Shown: positions 58,427-64,000 of the stretch, in pieces
How positions within the stretch are numbered: position 1 is the first letter of the stretch
How the letters are laid out: each line of letters starts with the position of its first letter
Source: Candidatus Heimdallarchaeum aukensis
GTDB lineage: Archaea; Asgardarchaeota; Heimdallarchaeia; Heimdallarchaeales; Heimdallarchaeaceae
Direction of reading: 5' to 3'
Length of the DNA: 64,000 nt
Assembly (NCBI GenBank): GCA_021513695.1
Contig: CP084166.1
Coordinates: 1,728,001-1,792,000 of the forward strand
Position numbers and translations under genes: made by a program
Notes under the pieces: generated by a model
Database searches by the model: none
What the model saw: the letters and a program-made list of their open reading frames with translations, nothing else
Told to the model about the DNA's origin: nothing

Positions 58427-59410
58427 TTATTCATTATTTATTTTCTCGACATATTTTAGAATTGTTTTTCTAGTATCCCCTTCAACAAACTTGTGTATTT
58501 CTTCAGGAGTCATTTTTTCCATTAATACTTTTGCTTCCTTGACAGTATAGTCTTTTGATTTTTTGATGTCTTCAACTTCTACTTCCTCTTTCTTGATTTC
58601 ACCTTCAGTTTCGCTGATTTCGTCAAGTTCAGCCATTTCATCAATTTCACTGACTCCGGTTTCGTCAAGTTCAGCCATTTCATCTAACTCTTCAATTTCT
58701 TCTAATTCTTCAGAATATTCCTCGATTTCTGTCTCACCAGCAACTTCTTCTTCACCTATGGATACTTCTTTAGTATCTCTTGCAGTTGGTTCAGCAATTA
58801 TCTCAATATCATCGGGTAATATTGCATCTGGGCGCATAATTCTGACTTTCACACCGATTTTTCCTCTTCGGATAATAGCTGTAGCTTTTCCTTCATCAAC
58901 GAATTCAGTTGCTGGAGCACCACATTTAGCTACAAAACCCGCTCGAAAAGTTTCTACTCTAGCTCTTTGACTCGTAATTTTTCCGCTTATTATTACTTCA
59001 ACGCCCTTTGCTCCAGCACTTAATATTCTACGCATGATTCCGTGAGCAGAACGTCGAAAATGTCTCCCTCTCTCCAAAGAAGAGGCCAATCTATAAGCCA
59101 TGACTCTTGCGTCGAGATCAGGGTTTTCTACTTGTGATACTTCAATCTGAGGGTTATCTAACTTAAATTGTTCTCTTAATGTATTGGTGATTGATCTAAT
59201 GGTTTTTCCTCGACCACCAATTGCAAGTCCAACACGACCTGCTCTCAAAATGACCCTATCTCCCAAGGGAGTACGTCTAATTTCACACCCTCCATACTCT
59301 GCAGTCTTAAGCTTTTTAGCTAAATATTCATCAATAGCGTTTCTTTTAATTTTTCTTGCGATAAAATCCTTTGTTGCTGGCATAACTTCACCTATAATCT
59401 TAATCCTCAA
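58427..59410 (-). CDS. rps3: Ribosomal protein S3 (uS3) with ~100-aa acidic repeat-containing C-terminal extension
   Basis: KH domain GRVGLAIGGRGKTIRSI and uS3 C-domain; tail contains duplicated DEMAELDE(T/I) units encoded by 24-bp direct repeat. Confidence 0.9.
   Translation of the reverse strand: MRIKIIGEVMPATKDFIARKIKRNAIDEYLAKKLKTAEYGGCEIRRTPLGDRVILRAGRVGLAIGGRGKTIRSITNTLREQFKLDNPQIEVSQVENPDLDARVMAYRLASSLERGRHFRRSAHGIMRRILSAGAKGVEVIISGKITSQRARVETFRAGFVAKCGAPATEFVDEGKATAIIRRGKIGVKVRIMRPDAILPDDIEIIAEPTARDTKEVSIGEEEVAGETEIEEYSEELEEIEELDEMAELDETGVSEIDEMAELDEISETEGEIKKEEVEVEDIKKSKDYTVKEAKVLMEKMTPEEIHKFVEGDTRKTILKYVEKINNE
58619..58684. repeat. 24-bp direct repeat x2 (TTCGTCAAGTTCAGCCATTTCATC) within rps3 3' extension
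   Basis: Copies at 58619-58642 and 58661-58684 (spacing 42 bp, in frame); encode DEMAELDE on minus strand. Confidence 0.7.
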
Positions 59411-59861
59411 TTTCTGCTACAAGTTCTATATGAACATATTGTCGAACTTTTGGAGTTGACCTTCCGTGAGCCCTATAAAAGTAACGAACTTCTTTAGAAC
59501 CTTTCAAAGAAACAGCATGGATTATCTTAGCTTTATCAACTTGAAGCTGATTTGCCTCGACGTTGTTTTCCAAATTTTCAACAACCTTTAAGATTTCTTT
59601 GGCAGCTTTAACGGGGTAACGTCCTGCAGCCCATCCTTGTAAATCACTTTTATGTCCAACGTTTCGCTTATATCGTCTGTATGGAACACTTCGCTTCTTA
59701 GCGATGACATCCTCAAGATATTCTTTACACTGATCAATCTTCATACCTTTAATTGCTCTAAGAATCTCTCTAGCAGCTTTTGGTGATATGTCAATATCCC
59801 TAGCTGAAGCTTTTGCGCTACGATCAGGGTCAGTTATTATACTGTATTTATATGAAGGCAA
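59400..59861 (-). CDS. rpl22: Ribosomal protein L22 (uL22)
   Basis: ISPKAAREILRAIKGMKIDQCKEYLEDV...; first gene of the cluster in this window. Confidence 0.85.
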   Translation of the reverse strand: MPSYKYSIITDPDRSAKASARDIDISPKAAREILRAIKGMKIDQCKEYLEDVIAKKRSVPYRRYKRNVGHKSDLQGWAAGRYPVKAAKEILKVVENLENNVEANQLQVDKAKIIHAVSLKGSKEVRYFYRAHGRSTPKVRQYVHIELVAEIED

Positions 59862-60094
59862 CTTAATATCTCCTTTCTTATTATCTCTCTAAAGTGTGTG
59901 GTGAGTATCCAATTTTTAAGGTTTGTTTTTACTCACTTTAATTCAAAGTGACAACCACACACTGAACATTTTCAACTTTTAAAAAATGTTTAAAACAATT
60001 TGGTTTGTCGAGAAAAAAAAATCATGAAAAATTGATAAAAAATGAAAGTTTTAACATAAATTTTTGAATAAAAGGTGAAAAGAAAGAAGAATTA

Positions 60095-62557
60095 CTAAAA
60101 TTCGAGATAAATGAATTGATTCTTATCTTCATCAAGAACAATCTTCTTGGAATTTTGGCCAAATGAAGAAGAATCGTTGATTAAAGTCTCAATTGAGTGC
60201 ATAGCTTTTAAATCAGCTGAAAAATCGTTTAATTCTTGAGGAATAAAAGCACGTTTAATGGGAGTCTTAAGAGACAATCCCAGATCCTTCTTTTGTTTCC
60301 AAATAGTAGAATTTAATTTCAATATCAACTCAGTACTTTCAGTAAACCTTGATTCACGAATTACATCATCTGGTTGAGGCATAGATTCTGTATGAACGGT
60401 TTTCTCATACAATTCTCTATAAATGAAGTCAGTAACAAAAGGTATTATCGGAGCAAAAGCTTTCAGTAAAATGTCTAAGACTTTATGAAGAGTATAATGA
60501 GCAGACTTCTGTTCCAGTTCTGTGAATTCATTATTTCGATTATAGGCCCGACCTTTTACAATTTCCAAGTAATTAGAAGCAAAAAGCTCCCAAGTAAATT
60601 TTCGTAAAGCTCGAGCAGGTTTGTGAAAATCAAATATTTCATAACCTTGTAAAGCATCCTCAATTGCCAAGCGCAATTCAGACAAAATCCATACATCTGT
60701 AGGAGTAAGAGAATTTTCATCCATATCCTCAGCAGATGGAAAACCGCTAACAAATTTAGCAATGTTGTAAAACTTATTGATAAACTTAGCAATACCTTGT
60801 AATTTCTGCTCACTAAAACGGATATCACTACCATGACTGGCTTCAGAAGCACCAAATAGGCGTAAAGCATCACCGCCGTATTTAGCAATCATCTTCTCAG
60901 GTTTAACAATGTTACCTTTAGATTTACTCATTTTCTCTCCTTTATTATCAACAACATGCCCAGATATCCAAGTCTCTTTGAAAGCAGGTTTGTTGTACAA
61001 CTGTAATGCACGAAGCATTGTATAATGAAGCCAAGTCCTAACTATGTCTTTACCTTGAGGACGCATATCACAGATATAAGGGCGAGAATTAAGTTTTTCA
61101 AATAATTCAAGATCTTTTTTATTATAAGGATACATTTGAATATAAATTTCAGAAATAGATGAATCCATCCAAGTATCAAAAGTCCGTGTATCACCGATAA
61201 AACCTTTAGATTCTCCACAGTGCTCACATTTATCAAAAGGAGGATCATCTTTCCAAGGTTGATAATAAGGACCAGGTTCAGGTAAACAAGGCTTTCCACA
61301 AGATTTACAATACCAAATAGGAATCTCGGTACCATAATATCTTCTTCTACTGATTGGCCAGTCAATAGAAACCCTATCTAACCAATCTAACCATATCTGC
61401 TTCATAAATTCAGGATAAAAAGTTAATTTGTCAGCATAAGAGCGTAAAGTGTCAATGTAGTCAGTTTGTTTAAGATAATATTCAGGCATAGCCAAAAATT
61501 CGACAGGATTATCGCAGCGAGAACAAATAGGAAAGTTATGAGGAACATCAGTTTCAGATTTAATGAAACCAAGCTCTCGAAGTTTATCAGCAATTTGTTT
61601 ACGAGCTTCTTTTACTTTCAAACCTTGAAATTCAGGAACATTTTCGTTAATTTTACCATCAGTATCAATGACAGTCCTAGGCTCTAGTTGAAATTCACGA
61701 AAAATCTGCACATCGCCAATATCACCATAAGCACAAACCATCAAAATACCAGTACCGAAATCCATTTTAGCATAATGATGAGAGCGAATAGGAACTTCAA
61801 CGTTGAAGTAAGGAGCAATAGCTGTTTTGCCCTCCAAATGCTTGTAACGCTCATCTTTAGGATTAAAAATGACTACACCAATAGCAGGAATTAATTCAGG
61901 ACGAGAAGTTGCGATAATTAATTCTTCACCAGTCTCTTTAACCTTAAAAGCAATATCATATAAAATATGAGTACCTGGTTTATAATCAATCTCATTATCA
62001 GCTATAGTAGTTTTACAACGAGTACAGTAGTTATTGGGACGATCATCTTCATAAACCAAACCTTCACGGAAAAGCTTGATAAAAGTGCTTTGAGTAAGAG
62101 CACGGTATTGAGGGTGATCAGTCTTGTAAATTTCATCCCACTCAAAAGAATAGTTACTAAAGCCGAGAAATTTACAAACATTTAAGATTTCATCGCCAAC
62201 ACGATCTAAGATAATACGACATTTATCAAGAAATTCCTCTCGAGGAATATCATGCATAGATATTTTAAACTCTTTTTCAGTTTGTACCTCAACAGGAAGA
62301 CCATTGCGATCTAAACACATAGGAAAAAGAACTTCATGACCAGTCATGCGTTTATAGCGAGCGATCATATCAATACCGCTATAATGAATAGCTCCACCCA
62401 TATGCCAAGGGGCGTTCGCATAAGGGGGAGGGGTGTCGACACTATAAATAGGCTTGCCAGAGTTCTTATTGAAGGCATAAGTTTTCTCTTTTTGCCATAA
62501 TTCAAAGATTAACTGCTCATCTTTTAATGGGTCATATCGTTTCTTTAATCGATTCAA
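60095..62557 (-). CDS. valS: Valyl-tRNA synthetase (class I, Ile/Val/Leu subfamily)
   Basis: N-terminus YDP..E..IFELW...Y..DTPPPYAN..WHMGG...D.IARYKRMTG..VLFP.CLDRNGLPVE..TEKEFKI matches archaeal ValRS; KMSKSKGN present; HIGH motif reads HMGG. Confidence 0.7.
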   Translation of the reverse strand: MNRLKKRYDPLKDEQLIFELWQKEKTYAFNKNSGKPIYSVDTPPPYANAPWHMGGAIHYSGIDMIARYKRMTGHEVLFPMCLDRNGLPVEVQTEKEFKISMHDIPREEFLDKCRIILDRVGDEILNVCKFLGFSNYSFEWDEIYKTDHPQYRALTQSTFIKLFREGLVYEDDRPNNYCTRCKTTIADNEIDYKPGTHILYDIAFKVKETGEELIIATSRPELIPAIGVVIFNPKDERYKHLEGKTAIAPYFNVEVPIRSHHYAKMDFGTGILMVCAYGDIGDVQIFREFQLEPRTVIDTDGKINENVPEFQGLKVKEARKQIADKLRELGFIKSETDVPHNFPICSRCDNPVEFLAMPEYYLKQTDYIDTLRSYADKLTFYPEFMKQIWLDWLDRVSIDWPISRRRYYGTEIPIWYCKSCGKPCLPEPGPYYQPWKDDPPFDKCEHCGESKGFIGDTRTFDTWMDSSISEIYIQMYPYNKKDLELFEKLNSRPYICDMRPQGKDIVRTWLHYTMLRALQLYNKPAFKETWISGHVVDNKGEKMSKSKGNIVKPEKMIAKYGGDALRLFGASEASHGSDIRFSEQKLQGIAKFINKFYNIAKFVSGFPSAEDMDENSLTPTDVWILSELRLAIEDALQGYEIFDFHKPARALRKFTWELFASNYLEIVKGRAYNRNNEFTELEQKSAHYTLHKVLDILLKAFAPIIPFVTDFIYRELYEKTVHTESMPQPDDVIRESRFTESTELILKLNSTIWKQKKDLGLSLKTPIKRAFIPQELNDFSADLKAMHSIETLINDSSSFGQNSKKIVLDEDKNQFIYLEF

Positions 62558-62690
62558 TAATTGTCACCCTTTAACCTTTTGTAAAAGTGTTCTTTTTTAA
62601 ATTGAATGGTTAACAACATGTTCTAGAAAAAATTGGATAATGTAAACTAGAACAAACTTAATTTATTCTTTAAGAAAATATAAACGTAGA

Positions 62691-64000
62691 ATGAAAAAAG
62701 AAGAGAGATTAGAAATAGATATTTTTGAAAATTCAGAGAATGGAATAGGAATTGCAGACAAAGAAAATAAGTTCATATACGTAAACAAAGCAGTTTGTAA
62801 TCTTTTTTCATATACTAAAGAAGAGTTTCTGGAAGGAAAAATAAAAGTAAGCGATCTATTTCCAAAAATATATCTAAAAAACCCAGCAGAGAAAGAGTTT
62901 GTCCCATTAACAGAATATGAGATGCTAACTAAAAATGGAGAATTTATTAATATAGCGGTAAGTATTTCAAAAATAGCTAATTCAGAACTAAAGTTACTTA
63001 TATTTCAAGATATGAGCATAATAAATGAAGCAAAAAGATTAGGTCTTTTAGAAATAATAAATTATGCAAAAAAGAATATTGGTATAATACATTATGCATT
63101 TGAGAAAACAGGCCCAGAGTTAATAGCAGGGGTAGATACAGAAAACTACTCTGAAGAGGTCATTAGAGCGCTGCAATCAATGGGATTGTATTATATGACA
63201 GCAATACAGAACAAGAAAGGATTATTTGGACCATTACCCTTACCAGTAAAAGAAGAAGATTACTTAGCAATAGTCTATAGCTATGAAATAGAAGCAAAAG
63301 AAGAAGAAATAGATAAAAGATTAAAGCAAAGAAAGCCATGTTTAATTACAATAGTTTTCCCAAGAGTTATAGAATCGCTATTATCAAACAGGAGATATAT
63401 AAGAGAAACAATATCAGAAGTAATAACAGCAAATCACCATAGCACAATGGATATACAAAGTATAAAAAATACCTTAAGTAAAATAAAAACAAATCTTTTT
63501 AAAAATATAGAAAAACAAAAAGAAGAAAATACATTTGAAAGAAAGGTAGTACAAATAAATCAATTCATAACCAGTTTTTCAGATGTAAAGATTAATGAGC
63601 AATTATATTCAAGAATATTGAAAATGGCTAAAAAAATATGCGATTTTAAAAGAATATCAATATTATTAATGGATTATCAAGTAAATGGGCTAAGGGTGGT
63701 AGAAGCAAGTGGATATGAAGAGAATATTATAGATATGATAATAGATATAGACGCAAAGTCAATCGTAGCTAGAGCAGCTAGAACAAGGCAAACACAAAAC
63801 ATTCAGAACGTTCAGAAAGACAAGGACTATATAATGGTTGATCCAAGCGTGTTATCAGAATTAGCAGTACCAGTAATATCACCAGTTAATGATAAAACAG
63901 TAGGAGTAATAAACATTGAAAGCGAAATGGAAAAAGCTTTCAACCAAGAAGACGTGATATTGTTCGAGATGTTGGCAGAAAAAATAGCACTAGTATTGGC
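62691..64000 (+). CDS. PAS-GAF domain sensor protein (5' part; runs off window end)
   Basis: Open frame from ATG 62691 to window end (not in ORF track); N-terminal PAS-like (IGIADKENKFIYVNKAVCNLFSYTKEEF...), C-terminal GAF-like (ISILLMDYQVNGLRVVEASGYEEN...AVPVISPVNDKTVGVINIESE). Confidence 0.5.
   Translation, partial: MKKEERLEIDIFENSENGIGIADKENKFIYVNKAVCNLFSYTKEEFLEGKIKVSDLFPKIYLKNPAEKEFVPLTEYEMLTKNGEFINIAVSISKIANSELKLLIFQDMSIINEAKRLGLLEIINYAKKNIGIIHYAFEKTGPELIAGVDTENYSEEVIRALQSMGLYYMTAIQNKKGLFGPLPLPVKEEDYLAIVYSYEIEAKEEEIDKRLKQRKPCLITIVFPRVIESLLSNRRYIRETISEVITANHHSTMDIQSIKNTLSKIKTNLFKNIEKQKEENTFERKVVQINQFITSFSDVKINEQLYSRILKMAKKICDFKRISILLMDYQVNGLRVVEASGYEENIIDMIIDIDAKSIVARAARTRQTQNIQNVQKDKDYIMVDPSVLSELAVPVISPVNDKTVGVINIESEMEKAFNQEDVILFEMLAEKIALVL

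Noticed and set aside
1-64000. CRISPR arrays, cas genes, restriction-modification or other recognisable defence systems
   Set aside because: No spaced direct-repeat arrays and no Cas/REase/MTase signatures seen on either strand. The only methyltransferases are an NSUN RNA m5C enzyme and a generic class I SAM MTase.

Overview
Low-GC (~30%) archaeal chromosomal window. Translation/transcription/replication genes are combined with eukaryotic-signature proteins (ESPs), which points to an Asgard (Lokiarchaeia-like) archaeon. The ESPs are two Ras/Rab-like small GTPases, a Roadblock/LC7 protein, a UBC-type E2 ubiquitin-conjugating enzyme and a gelsolin-like domain protein. This placement is an inference from gene content only. 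Core content: (i) a long minus-strand ribosomal-protein cluster, rpl22 to rpl15 plus secY (59861 to 48774), which includes an unannotated zinc-ribbon uS14. (ii) A second archaeal conserved cluster, rpoE'(Rpb7)-spt4-DUF359-rps24e-rps27ae (uS14 and rps27ae are below the ORF-track size cutoff). (iii) rps13-rps4-rps11, rpl34e-cmk-rpl14e-cbf5, tfb, radA, nth and tpiA. (iv) A family-B DNA polymerase interrupted by a 427-aa intein inside motif B. (v) An intron-containing tRNA-Ser(GGA). (vi) A complete IS6-family insertion sequence with terminal inverted repeats and a target-site duplication, sitting just upstream of tfb. (vii) A minus-strand 7-deazaguanine (preQ0/archaeosine precursor) operon, queE-folE2-X-queD-Y-NSUN methyltransferase-queC, with two uncharacterised genes embedded. 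Observations I think deserve follow-up: a Roadblock / pseudo-KaiC (degenerate Walker A) / coiled-coil-wHTH operon; the gelsolin-like protein; an orphan E2; a CobO-like pseudo-enzyme translationally coupled to an acidic coiled-coil protein near a bona fide cobO; a TrmB-like regulator carrying a ~550-aa coiled-coil insertion; and acidic (D/E-F-E-E) C-terminal tails on several ribosomal proteins. No CRISPR array or recognisable defence system was seen. All calls are from reading translations and motifs by eye. No database searches were run.
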